Below the pieces are notes generated by a model that saw only the letters and a program-made list of their open reading frames with translations, had not been told where the DNA came from and did not search any database. From the IMG/VR virus record IMGVR_UViG_3300025030_000042: a DNA stretch of 64,000 nucleotides. The stretch is one strand, 5' to 3'. The position numbers and the translations under genes were made by a program. This DNA is from a virus. Lineage: Duplodnaviria > Caudoviricetes. Position 1 is the first letter of the stretch; each line of letters starts with the position of its first letter. Below, in pieces: positions 50,655-59,478 of the stretch.

Positions 50655-50833
50655 TAAACTACCTTTTTATAGCCTTTCTTATGTCCTAAATATAGTTTTG
50701 GAATCATAGAAACGGTATTTGAATCAAGAGAATATATTTTTATCATATTCATAGTTAAATCTAAAATCACTCTATAAAATCTTTTATCACCTATCTCAAG
50801 ATAAACTAAATCCCCAACTTTAAAATCATTCAT
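50654..50833 (-). CDS. Small KVGDL-family protein, 59 aa (not in ORF track)
   Basis: Manual translation MNDFKVGDLVYLEIGDKRFYRVILDLTMNMIKIYSLDSNTVSMIPKLYLGHKKGYKKVV; stop overlaps the neuB ATG. Confidence 0.78.
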   Translation of the reverse strand: MNDFKVGDLVYLEIGDKRFYRVILDLTMNMIKIYSLDSNTVSMIPKLYLGHKKGYKKVV

Positions 50834-51785
50834 TTTGTAATCTCTCTATATCACTCTTAACCATTTGCACAATAATCTCTTGGAATGAAGTTCTTGGACT
50901 CCACCCCAAAACTTCTTTTATTTTTGTATTATCTCCGATCAAAACATTTGGCGTAGCATCTTTATAATATTTTTTATCAACTCCAACATATTCTTGCCAA
51001 TCTTTTATTCCAATATACGAAAAACCAACATTTAAAATATCTTTTAAAGAATGCGCTTGACCAGTCGCAACAATATAATCTCCTGGCATATCTCTTTGAA
51101 GCATAAGATATATTGCTTCTATGGTGTCCGGCGCATATCCAAAATCTTTTGAAGTTTCAAGATTTCCTAAATATATTTTTTTTTGTATTCCCAGATATAT
51201 TTTCGCAATGCCATCCGTTATCTTTCTTGTTACAAACTCAAAACCTCGTCGTTCGCTATCGTGAGAAAACAAAATACCGTTACAGTTAAACATATCGTAT
51301 GTTTCGCGATATATTTTTGTATACCAATATGCTGCCGCCTTGGAAACGCCATAGGGACTTACAGGAAGAATGGGACTAACTTCCGTAATCATACCAACAT
51401 TTCTGGCGTACATTTCTGATGACCCAGCTTGAAAAAACTTTATTTTTTTTCCATATGACCGGATTGCTTCCAGCAATCTCAAAACACCAAGAGCGGTTAT
51501 ATCGGTTGTTTCTTCGGGATTTTTCCAACTTTCAAAGGGAAATGATTGGGAAGCAAGATTATATATCTCGTCCGGATTGCTTTTTTCAATGGCACCTAAA
51601 AGAGATTTTTGATCCGTTAAACATCCAGTAAAAAATGTTATTTTTCCTTCAAGGTGTTGAGTGTTTATTCTATTTCTTTCTCTTTCTAACCCAAAAACTT
51701 CATAATCTTTTTTCAATAGAAAATCAGCAAGATGAGAACCATCTTGTCCATTGATTCCAGTTATAAGTGCTCGTTTTTTTAGCAT
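50826..51785 (-). CDS. gmd: GDP-mannose 4,6-dehydratase-like (copy 2)
   Basis: RALITGINGQDGSHL, YNLASQS, FQAGSSE, YGVSK, GILFSHDSERRGFEFVTRKIT. Confidence 0.9.
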   Translation of the reverse strand: MLKKRALITGINGQDGSHLADFLLKKDYEVFGLERERNRINTQHLEGKITFFTGCLTDQKSLLGAIEKSNPDEIYNLASQSFPFESWKNPEETTDITALGVLRLLEAIRSYGKKIKFFQAGSSEMYARNVGMITEVSPILPVSPYGVSKAAAYWYTKIYRETYDMFNCNGILFSHDSERRGFEFVTRKITDGIAKIYLGIQKKIYLGNLETSKDFGYAPDTIEAIYLMLQRDMPGDYIVATGQAHSLKDILNVGFSYIGIKDWQEYVGVDKKYYKDATPNVLIGDNTKIKEVLGWSPRTSFQEIIVQMVKSDIERLQNE

Positions 51786-51825
51786 ATTTTTTTATATAAA
51801 AGTTCAATATGATTATCAAAATATG

Positions 51826-51963
51826 TTAAAAATTTCTTATATTTAAAACAATATAACCTATATGTTTGCTTGCCGTTTTTAAAAAAGAAGAGATTACAAA
51901 ATAATCTGGTTCATTTATTTTAACTTTATAAATGTAAACTATAAGATCTCCGGAAGTAATCAT
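51826..51963 (-). CDS. Small KVGDL-family ORF, 45 aa, possibly truncated by a frameshift
   Basis: MITSGDLIVYIYKVKINEPDYFVISSFLKTASKHIGYIVLNIRNF; ATGA overlap with the GT29 stop; one extra T in a T5 run would extend it to the gmd start. Confidence 0.55.
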   Translation of the reverse strand: MITSGDLIVYIYKVKINEPDYFVISSFLKTASKHIGYIVLNIRNF

Positions 51964-52583
51964 TTTAAAATGATCAGCCCTTCTTCATCAAGTTCAATAA
52001 GAAGATTTTTTTCTTCGTTAACACCGTGATATCCACTCGGTTGTGGGCGAGAACCGTAATAATGTGTTCTAACATATTCCGCATCTTCTTTACCACTATC
52101 AAACCCATAACAAACCGGTCGGACACCAGAAAAAATACAAGTTAAAATAAAACACACACCAACAGTCGGATTTTTTAAAAGATTAAAATATTTTTTATAA
52201 AGTTCCACCGTTCGGTAATCATAAAGAAATACTTGATTACTGGAATGAGTATTTTTATCTTTGTTCCAAAAAGGAACTAAATCTTCGGCAATATATAAGA
52301 TATTCGTGTTTCGCAAATCGCGAATAAAGTATTGCGGTTGATTTGACCATTCATCTTCGCGAAGTTTATTATTATTGAAGACGTGATTATTCACACAGCG
52401 AACAGTAGTTTTACTACCCACCCAACGCTCAAATCCCTCTGTTGGCGCACGATTAAATCGCATTACATCTTCAAAAGCGTCTATTTCTTCTCCATATTCG
52501 GTCTCAACAAGTTTTCCGCTACTGCCAACCACAGCGACACTCTCCGATATTTGAAGTTCTGGATTTACATATAAAAGTTTCAT
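51960..52583 (-). CDS. GT29 (eukaryote-type) sialyltransferase-family glycosyltransferase
   Basis: Sialylmotif L (SVAVVGSSG...YGEEIDAFEDVMRFNRAPTEGFERWVGSKTTVR), motif S (PTVG...CYGFD), motif III (HYY) and VS (H....E). Confidence 0.88.
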   Translation of the reverse strand: MKLLYVNPELQISESVAVVGSSGKLVETEYGEEIDAFEDVMRFNRAPTEGFERWVGSKTTVRCVNNHVFNNNKLREDEWSNQPQYFIRDLRNTNILYIAEDLVPFWNKDKNTHSSNQVFLYDYRTVELYKKYFNLLKNPTVGVCFILTCIFSGVRPVCYGFDSGKEDAEYVRTHYYGSRPQPSGYHGVNEEKNLLIELDEEGLIILK

Positions 52584-52850
52584 TTATGTATTCTCGCTTG
52601 GACCGGATAATAATATTGATTTACGACCGACTAAACTATCATTATCAAACTTATAAATCTTATTTTCCAAAAAATCATAAGTTTTATAATCATACTTAAA
52701 ATCTCCTATTCGGCCGTCTTTAAGAGAGAATATTCGTTCTCTCGTTTTAACATCGTCAGTATTGATGGACAATATTAAATAAATCTTGGCTCCTCCAATG
52801 ATATGATTGATGATCAAATCTCCGGGTTTAAATCTAAATATTTTACCCAT
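52584..52850 (-). CDS. Small KVGDL-family protein, 88 aa
   Basis: FRFKPGDLII...IYLILSI. Confidence 0.7.
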   Translation of the reverse strand: MGKIFRFKPGDLIINHIIGGAKIYLILSINTDDVKTRERIFSLKDGRIGDFKYDYKTYDFLENKIYKFDNDSLVGRKSILLSGPSENT

Positions 52851-53664
52851 TCGCGTATTCTTTCATAAAGGATTTCGCACCACCCTGGAAATGTAGCATC
52901 AAAAATCTAATATCTCGTTTTAAAATTTGGTTATAACCATAAGGATTTTTGTTAAACCATTTTATTTTTTTGATGCCGTTTTCCATTTCAAAAAAGTCTG
53001 ACTGGTTGATATTGTGATCAAAAGTTGTATCATCCGAAAATATTGTGCTCGTTTCTCCGACCATTCCAGGGTTATTATATCCGTCGTTTGAAAAAATATC
53101 CCAAATGGTCATATCGTTGGCGCCGCCCGCACGACCATTTTCTTGAAGATTTTTGAAGTGATAAAAACACTTATTAAAGTTAAACTTGTCTTTTTTAGAA
53201 TAAATGTTTGTTGTCAGTTGACACCATTCATTCAACACTGTTAAATCCATAATAAATGTAATACCGGCGGAAATACGATTTGTTGTGGTATAACGAAAGT
53301 TTTTAAATTTTTCTGCCTCTTCGTTAACATCACAAAACAAAAGCGTATCGCTATCTGTAGTAAAAAATCTATAAATATTATGAAACTTTACAAACTCATT
53401 TAAAATGAACCATCTTGAAAAACAAAATTTCTCAAAATGAATATTATTCGTGCTCATATGTTGATATATTTTTTCAAACTCTTTCGCAGAGTGAAAGTAT
53501 TCTTTGATATTATAATGTTCAATATGATCAAAACGATCGTTTTCTTCTGTTCCCAAAAGAATAATCCGAGACATCGGATTTCTACGGCGGGCTTGTTGAA
53601 TAGAATATTGTAAATAATCAGACCAACCGATATGAATATATATGATTGGAATATTTAAACACAT
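52843..53664 (-). CDS. Putative GT-A-fold glycosyltransferase, 273 aa
   Basis: IPIIYIHIG..DYL, FCFSRWFIL, TDSDTLLF (DxD), terminal LHFQG. Confidence 0.55.
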   Translation of the reverse strand: MCLNIPIIYIHIGWSDYLQYSIQQARRRNPMSRIILLGTEENDRFDHIEHYNIKEYFHSAKEFEKIYQHMSTNNIHFEKFCFSRWFILNEFVKFHNIYRFFTTDSDTLLFCDVNEEAEKFKNFRYTTTNRISAGITFIMDLTVLNEWCQLTTNIYSKKDKFNFNKCFYHFKNLQENGRAGGANDMTIWDIFSNDGYNNPGMVGETSTIFSDDTTFDHNINQSDFFEMENGIKKIKWFNKNPYGYNQILKRDIRFLMLHFQGGAKSFMKEYANG

Positions 53665-53847
53665 TTATGATACCTTTTGATAAGAAAAATCTGCCCAAAT
53701 GGGTAAATATATTATTTTTTTCTTACTACACCCATTTACACAATAAAGTTTATAACACAAATATATTCCATGTTGTATCGTTCTCAAAACTAACCGATAA
53801 TCTTCGGTTACGGTTATCAAATCACCAATTTTAAACTTTTTTAACAC
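53665..53847 (-). CDS. Small KVGDL-family protein, 60 aa
   Basis: FKIGDLI...YRLVL...CYKLYCVNG; GTG start overlapping the upstream TAG. Confidence 0.8.
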   Translation of the reverse strand: MLKKFKIGDLITVTEDYRLVLRTIQHGIYLCYKLYCVNGCSKKKIIYLPIWADFSYQKVS

Positions 53848-54029
53848 TATAATACCTTTTGATAAATACTTTCTTGACTAATGGATTGATATATTATTTC
53901 GTTCTTTTTCCACCCATTTATACAATAAAGTTTATAACATAAAAATAATCCTTTTTGTTCTACTCCCAAAACTAACCGATAATGTTCTTTGTGTATTTTA
54001 ACTATCAAATCACCAACTTTAAACTTCAC
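53847..54029 (-). CDS. Small KVGDL-family protein, 60 aa
   Basis: True start GTG at 54029 (the longer track ORF overlaps the upstream gene); FKVGDLI...YRLVL...CYKLYCING. Confidence 0.8.
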   Translation of the reverse strand: MKFKVGDLIVKIHKEHYRLVLGVEQKGLFLCYKLYCINGWKKNEIIYQSISQESIYQKVL

Positions 54030-54201
54030 AAATTTTCCAATATTTATCAGCATAATAAAAAGTTTCTCGAACAATAAAAAACTTTTTTGTAAAAGAATCG
54101 CCAAAATATAAAGATCTGTAACAGAGATCATTATCAACACTTAAAATAAGTCTATAGTGACCACTGTTATTTGTTACTAAATCCCCAGTCTTAAACTTCA
54201 T
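54019..54201 (-). CDS. Small KVGDL-family protein, 60 aa
   Basis: MKFKTGDLV...HYRLILSV. Confidence 0.78.
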   Translation of the reverse strand: MKFKTGDLVTNNSGHYRLILSVDNDLCYRSLYFGDSFTKKFFIVRETFYYADKYWKICEV

Positions 54202-54220
54202 ACTTTTCCCAATATTTTTA

Positions 54221-54418
54221 TTATAATACCTTCTCGTATTGATCGGTGCTCATCCAACTAACCACACAACCTTTTAATGGCGGATTATTTATAAAATAAA
54301 CTTTGACCAATTCAATTCCACATGATAGTCTTTTTATATCCAAAACAAATCTATAACCATATGTACCATCCAATCGTCCAACTAAATCCCCGACCTTAAA
54401 TCTCAAAATGCTTGACAT
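54221..54418 (-). CDS. Small KVGDL-family protein, 65 aa
   Basis: LRFKVGDLV...YRFVLDI...VKVYFIN; start reassigned to ATG at 54418. Confidence 0.78.
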   Translation of the reverse strand: MSSILRFKVGDLVGRLDGTYGYRFVLDIKRLSCGIELVKVYFINNPPLKGCVVSWMSTDQYEKVL

Positions 54419-54839
54419 ATATTTTATTATTGCCCACAAGTTTCAAAAACTGTAAATAATCTTTTATATAATCCTTCTCATCATATTCCATTGAACAAAT
54501 AGACATCAAAATCGCATATTCGTTCATAAATGTTATTTCTGCCCACTCCATCTCCGAGTGAAACACACTATCACCTGCCCAAGCATAGATATACCTCTTT
54601 TCGTGCCCGTTGTCAAGCATTATTCGGATTTTTCCCTTAACAATAACAAGCACTTGCTGATTTTGATGATGTGCATGATATCCTCGCGTCTCTCCTGGAG
54701 GAACATCCGTCACAACAAAAATCCGTTGCGGCACAAACGGAATATCAGAAAAACTTATTGGTAAAAGTTTTCCTCTATTCTTTTCGTCATAAATATTAAG
54801 AATATTTCTATTCAAGATATTCATACTTTCTATATTCAT
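54396..54839 (-). CDS. FdtA/QdtA-like cupin sugar 3,4-ketoisomerase
   Basis: RGKL...IPFVPQRIFVV..VP.GETRGYHAH, CSMEYDEKDYI. Confidence 0.9.
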   Translation of the reverse strand: MNIESMNILNRNILNIYDEKNRGKLLPISFSDIPFVPQRIFVVTDVPPGETRGYHAHHQNQQVLVIVKGKIRIMLDNGHEKRYIYAWAGDSVFHSEMEWAEITFMNEYAILMSICSMEYDEKDYIKDYLQFLKLVGNNKIYVKHFEI

Positions 54840-55857
54840 GAAGAAACTCTTCTATTTTCTGAATATCGTTTTCTTCTAAAAACGGATGGACTGGAAGAGA
54901 TAATATTTTATCATTTACGCGGTATCCGACATCATTATATTTTCCTTGTAATGCCGGAAGTTCGCTTACGTGATATGAATAATGAATCATATACGGTATT
55001 TCTGATTTGTTGAGTTGTTCAATAATAAAATCTCTATTATTCCATAGAGTTACATATTGATGATATACGCCTCCACGGCGGCCGTCAATACCTTTAATTA
55101 TATTATTATAATGTCTTGCAATCTTTCTTCTTTTGTTGTTTAACTTTTCAAACTTTTTAAGTTTTATATTTAGTATTGTCGCTTGTGTTTCATCTATGCG
55201 CGAGTTGATACCGCCCTCCTCCGTTACCATTCCTCCAGTTTGACCGTAAAACCGAAGTTTTCTTAAAAGTTCATTATCTTCGTCGGAATCAGTTAAAATC
55301 GCACTCGAATCACCATTTGAGTTCAAAGGTTTTGTAGGATAAAAAGAATAACACGCAAAATCAGATAAAAAACCACATCCAGATCCAGTGCTTTGAGCAC
55401 AATCTTCTATTAAAATATGATTATTTTGTTTACAATATGAATATATATCAATCATATTTGCTCGGTTACCAAAAAGATTTACCGGTAATACAATACCGTT
55501 TTGAATATCTGGAAGTTTATTTATATCTATCGTCATACTACGATCAACATCAACATAATGAATATTATTTGTATATTTTTTTATTGCCACCGCAGTAGGC
55601 ATTGCCGTAAAGTTGGGAACTATAACAGTCGCATTTGGATTTTTCTTTAAAGAAATCTGGATACATAACATCAAAGCGTCTGTCGCATTTTTAACAGTTA
55701 TACAATGTTTGCGACCAATATATTCGGCAAAACTTTTTTCAAACTTTTTTGTTTGTTCTCCGAAAAAAAACTGACCGGAACACAATGTTTTCGTAACCTC
55801 ATTTAAAAGTTCCGGTTGATAAAAAAGATAATCTTTTTCTAAATCGTTGAACTTCAA
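54808..55857 (-). CDS. DegT/DnrJ PLP sugar aminotransferase (FdtB-like)
   Basis: NATDAL, VNLFG, IEDCAQSTG, SFYPTKPLNSNGD, GINSRIDETQA; adjacent to fdtA-like gene. Confidence 0.9.
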   Translation of the reverse strand: MKFNDLEKDYLFYQPELLNEVTKTLCSGQFFFGEQTKKFEKSFAEYIGRKHCITVKNATDALMLCIQISLKKNPNATVIVPNFTAMPTAVAIKKYTNNIHYVDVDRSMTIDINKLPDIQNGIVLPVNLFGNRANMIDIYSYCKQNNHILIEDCAQSTGSGCGFLSDFACYSFYPTKPLNSNGDSSAILTDSDEDNELLRKLRFYGQTGGMVTEEGGINSRIDETQATILNIKLKKFEKLNNKRRKIARHYNNIIKGIDGRRGGVYHQYVTLWNNRDFIIEQLNKSEIPYMIHYSYHVSELPALQGKYNDVGYRVNDKILSLPVHPFLEENDIQKIEEFLHEYRKYEYLE

Positions 55858-56078
55858 AACTTCACCTTCTTTAAATAATCAAATATAATACCACGAAACG
55901 AATGATTACTTACCTTTTCATTTCCAATCCAATAAATAATATATTGATTTTTTTCGTCATCATAACCAATCACCACGCCAACCCCTTTACACCAATCAAC
56001 ACAATAATCAATAATATTAAAACCTTCAAACTTTTTATGTTCTACAAGATCTCCAATATCCAAGTATCTTTTTTTCAT
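55854..56078 (-). CDS. Small KVGDL-family protein, 74 aa
   Basis: LDIGDLVEH...GVGVVIG...YIIYWI. Confidence 0.72.
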   Translation of the reverse strand: MKKRYLDIGDLVEHKKFEGFNIIDYCVDWCKGVGVVIGYDDEKNQYIIYWIGNEKVSNHSFRGIIFDYLKKVKF

Positions 56079-56737
56079 TATTTACATAACAACATCGAAC
56101 CCTTCCAGTCCCCAAAATCCATATTTTCATTATGTTTAATATGTTGCTCAATCTTAAAATGATATATATCAAGCATATTTTCAAACTCAATGAAGTTTAT
56201 TATAGATTGATAGGTTGTTCCACCGTAGGAAGGATTTAGTTTTATGCTCGTTGATTTATATTCAGAAAATAACTGACGATGTAATATTATTTTTCGTGAC
56301 ATCATCAAAACTTTTTCAAAACATTCAAGAGGCTTTTCCAACACATCAATAAACGCATTCATTAAAACAACATCATACTCTTCCACAAAATCTATATTAT
56401 CTTTATAAATATCAAATGTAATATAGGTGTTTGATGGGTTGACTGCTCTTGATACAGCGTTTACGATGTGTGGTAGGTCTGCTCCGATATAAAAATACTC
56501 TGGAAATACTCTTGAAAACTCTGCCGCTCCACACCCGAGTTCAACAATAGAAGACATTTTCGGAATATGAGAAACAAGTGTTTTTAATATTGAAAAATGA
56601 TCGGAGTGTTCTAATATGGGAAATAAAACACCTTGCGCTCCCAAGATCATTTGTTTGGGAGTTGTCTTTTTGTCATACCAACAGGTATCTGTATTATATT
56701 TCTTCTTCTTTTGGGACATTTGCTTTAGAATATTCAA
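56078..56737 (-). CDS. Class I SAM-dependent methyltransferase-like protein
   Basis: SIVELGCG...YIGADL...YDVVL. Confidence 0.7.
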   Translation of the reverse strand: MNILKQMSQKKKKYNTDTCWYDKKTTPKQMILGAQGVLFPILEHSDHFSILKTLVSHIPKMSSIVELGCGAAEFSRVFPEYFYIGADLPHIVNAVSRAVNPSNTYITFDIYKDNIDFVEEYDVVLMNAFIDVLEKPLECFEKVLMMSRKIILHRQLFSEYKSTSIKLNPSYGGTTYQSIINFIEFENMLDIYHFKIEQHIKHNENMDFGDWKGSMLLCK

Positions 56738-56900
56738 AAAAACCGTTTATATTATAAAAAACAGAACCGATTTTCATAAAAAAAGAGTTGACAACTAAAT
56801 ATCTATGTTTTCCCAAATAAACCCTATATGATTTTTTATTCCCCTTCAAACAATATACCAAATCCCCAACTTTAAACTTTTCCGGTTCGCTTGAACTCAC
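56694..56900 (-). CDS. Small KVGDL-family protein, 68 aa
   Basis: KFKVGDLVYC...YRVYLG. Confidence 0.72.
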   Translation of the reverse strand: MSSSEPEKFKVGDLVYCLKGNKKSYRVYLGKHRYLVVNSFFMKIGSVFYNINGFFEYSKANVPKEEEI

Positions 56901-57126
56901 TGATTTTCTCGTTTTGAAGTGTCCATAGTTCGTTGACTTGTTTTTGAAGTGCCGCCAAAGAAATATTGGAAGACTTACAAATAAAACAAGTTAAACTAAC
57001 CAACGCATTTAAAACTGGAACAATAGAATCTGGCTGTCTCATCCAATCTGTTCTATCACGAAGTTCTTCAAGTCTCTTTCGCAACCCCATATACACCATA
57101 TTCGTTTTTTCTTCAAGAGTCATCAT
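56872..57126 (-). CDS. Hypothetical helical protein, 84 aa
   Basis: Coupled ORF, no motif recognised. Confidence 0.55.
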   Translation of the reverse strand: MMTLEEKTNMVYMGLRKRLEELRDRTDWMRQPDSIVPVLNALVSLTCFICKSSNISLAALQKQVNELWTLQNEKISEFKRTGKV

Positions 57127-57316
57127 TTTGTTTTATCTCCTTGTAATGTAAGTAAACATAGTTTTTTGTAAAACTAACTATTTGACCAGAACAAATGCCG
57201 TTAATTCTTAACAAATAGTAACGATCGCCAGTTACCTTGTAAACAAATCTTATAAGTCCATAAAATTTTTCTATAATAAGATCTCCAACTTTAAACTTTG
57301 TTTTTTTCATCTTCAA
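57113..57316 (-). CDS. Small KVGDL-family protein, 67 aa
   Basis: TKFKVGDLII...RFVYKV...YYLLRING. Confidence 0.75.
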   Translation of the reverse strand: MKMKKTKFKVGDLIIEKFYGLIRFVYKVTGDRYYLLRINGICSGQIVSFTKNYVYLHYKEIKQNDDS

Positions 57317-58172
57317 ATCTTTTTAAGAGTTCTGGCAATGTTTTCTGAATCGGTTCCGGATGTGTTCCTTCAAACTTTGCCGTAAACGCTGGTCCTCTAT
57401 ATTCCGGTTTGAACTCGTGCGTGCCAGAATAGAGGTGCTCCGTCATTTCTCTTTCTTCATCTGTTTCTGAAGATATCCACGGTAAATACACACGATTGAA
57501 GTAATCTGGAATGATCTTGTTAATAGCAACCTTACTTTCGTAATACTCCATTTTCTGTTTGACTTGACTCGGAAAACAATAGCTGTAGTGATACATCATC
57601 AAACCGATTTCATTGAACATTTGATCACTGGAAATATGTTTTTGTTGTATCGGCGATTTATGTTGAATCGTTGGTGGACGGTGTGTTTTCCAAAAACAAT
57701 CAGGGGTTAGACGAAACGCCCTCAAAAAATTATCGGTTGCCTGTTCAAATCCGGTCACATATCTATCAAATCCACCATAAAACGAATAGGGCTTGACTCC
57801 GCACGAGGTTGGTTGCTCCTTCTCCAAAAACCGAATCACATTTTCAATATCTTCGGACTTGTAACACTCGTCGCTGTCAATCTGAAAAAGGTAATCGGCG
57901 TTCGCTTCGTTCACAAACTTCATATATGCGTTACATTGTTGATCTTTTTCGGACCATTGACCGTGAACGATTTTGATTTTGCCAGTGGGATCTGGAAAAG
58001 AATACAAAATATTATTTGTGTTGTCCGATGAGGTTTTGTGTCCCTTATCTTGCCAGTAACGGACCGGTCCTTGCGCTATTGCGATGACCGAGGCATATGG
58101 ATAAACACATTCAAGAACTTGTCGTAAAACATAATCGCTGTTAAAGGTAATCATTCCGAAGGCGAGTTTCAT
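57291..58172 (-). CDS. GT2-like glycosyltransferase
   Basis: MKLAFGMITFN...LFQIDSDECY (DxD), MYHYSY; start reassigned to ATG at 58172. Confidence 0.78.
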   Translation of the reverse strand: MKLAFGMITFNSDYVLRQVLECVYPYASVIAIAQGPVRYWQDKGHKTSSDNTNNILYSFPDPTGKIKIVHGQWSEKDQQCNAYMKFVNEANADYLFQIDSDECYKSEDIENVIRFLEKEQPTSCGVKPYSFYGGFDRYVTGFEQATDNFLRAFRLTPDCFWKTHRPPTIQHKSPIQQKHISSDQMFNEIGLMMYHYSYCFPSQVKQKMEYYESKVAINKIIPDYFNRVYLPWISSETDEEREMTEHLYSGTHEFKPEYRGPAFTAKFEGTHPEPIQKTLPELLKRFEDEKNKV

Positions 58173-58176
58173 TTGG

Positions 58177-58368
58177 TTATTTTCCAACAAGTAACTTTCT
58201 ACAATGCCGAAACGCATTATATATCATATCTCGTTCAAGATTACAATAGTTTACTCTATTTTGTTCATTTTGACAACTATCACTAAAAAACTTATTTGTA
58301 TAATATCCCGAAAAAAAGAATACCGTCATAAGCAAAAGCATTATGAATATAATTTTAAGTTTCATCAT
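58177..58368 (-). CDS. Small membrane/secreted hypothetical protein, 63 aa
   Basis: Hydrophobic N-terminus IIFIMLLLMTVFFF. Confidence 0.55.
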   Translation of the reverse strand: MMKLKIIFIMLLLMTVFFFSGYYTNKFFSDSCQNEQNRVNYCNLERDMIYNAFRHCRKLLVGK

Positions 58369-58576
58369 TTAATTTCCAAACACAAAACTGTGATTTGATA
58401 TTTGTTATTGTTACTTTTTCAATATAAACTTTTCTACACCTTTTGGCACAAAGAAAAAGAACCTTAACATAATCGCGTCCTAAAATCCTGTTTTCTCCAC
58501 AAACAAGCCCCATACACTTATCGTAATCTGAATAAACCAGATCGCCAACTGATAGTTCTAATCTTATCATTCCCAA
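58355..58576 (-). CDS. Small KVGDL-family protein, 73 aa
   Basis: LSVGDLVYS...MGLVCG...YVKVLFL. Confidence 0.7.
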   Translation of the reverse strand: MGMIRLELSVGDLVYSDYDKCMGLVCGENRILGRDYVKVLFLCAKRCRKVYIEKVTITNIKSQFCVWKLNDET

Positions 58577-59478
58577 TGCTCTTCAATCTTTTTAATCTTT
58601 TTAATCTTTTTCCAGTTTTCTTTACACACGAAATAATATTCAGTGTAACGCTCCCGATTCTCAATGTCAAGCGAAAATATTCCTGTGATTCCGTGCCTTT
58701 GCGCGGGCACAAAAAAATCTTTTTCGTAATCTGCCCGAAAATCCGAAAAGTGAAAGAAATCTGGATTTCCCTTTACTGTTCTAAAACTCCAAGGTGCTTT
58801 TTGAATAATCCCAGCATCATCCAAGATACAAATATTATGTTCGCCAAATAACTCTGGAAATAGATTTAAATATTTCTGATCTCCACATTGACCATATTCT
58901 TTCACATATTCGTTATTCGGGTTTAATAACCAGTTTCGCCAAGTATAAAGACAAGAGTTACCTATGCGATCGTTTTTGAAATAAGTAAACGAAACATTAT
59001 ATTTTCCGTTATTTTCATCCGACGCATTATTTTTAACAATGCCGATACTTTTATTTTCTATTTTATCCACAATATTTTGAACATCGGAATAGAAATAAAC
59101 ATCGGAATCAACATAAATGACCGAATCTGGATTATATGTTTCCAGAACGTAATAAGAAAAGAACGATGCTAAACACCACATCATTTCCATTCGTTTTGGA
59201 TCAATATTTTTTTTATTGCCCACATTCATTGCTTCAAATGATAGTGGCTTTTTGAGAAGTTGAAGATAATCTTGATCGACGTGTAGAACTCTTATATCAA
59301 CTGGGATTATATTTTTATATTGCCCATTCTGTATCTCGTCTCGAAAAAACTCATATATTTCATTATCAAGACAAAGATAATACAGTTTAAAGTCTTTTGT
59401 GTGTTTTTCTAACGATTGATATAATGATAGACCTTGAGGAAGGAAGTTGATATCAGATAGAGTTGTTAAAGTTATCAT
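58567..59478 (-). CDS. Putative nucleotide-diphospho-sugar transferase (GT8-like GT-A fold)
   Basis: TLSDINFL..GL.L..SL, IYVDSDVYF, YNVSF, GDQKYL, FFHFS. Confidence 0.75.
   Translation of the reverse strand: MITLTTLSDINFLPQGLSLYQSLEKHTKDFKLYYLCLDNEIYEFFRDEIQNGQYKNIIPVDIRVLHVDQDYLQLLKKPLSFEAMNVGNKKNIDPKRMEMMWCLASFFSYYVLETYNPDSVIYVDSDVYFYSDVQNIVDKIENKSIGIVKNNASDENNGKYNVSFTYFKNDRIGNSCLYTWRNWLLNPNNEYVKEYGQCGDQKYLNLFPELFGEHNICILDDAGIIQKAPWSFRTVKGNPDFFHFSDFRADYEKDFFVPAQRHGITGIFSLDIENRERYTEYYFVCKENWKKIKKIKKIEEHWE

Noticed and set aside
53665-54029. Diversity-generating retroelement TR/VR pair
   Set aside because: Both copies are coding, mismatches are bidirectional and include non-adenine changes and an indel, and there is no reverse transcriptase in the window.
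58585-58611. AATCTTTTT x3 tandem repeat
   Set aside because: Encodes KKIKKIKKI at a GT C-terminus; short low-complexity slippage with no evidence of function.
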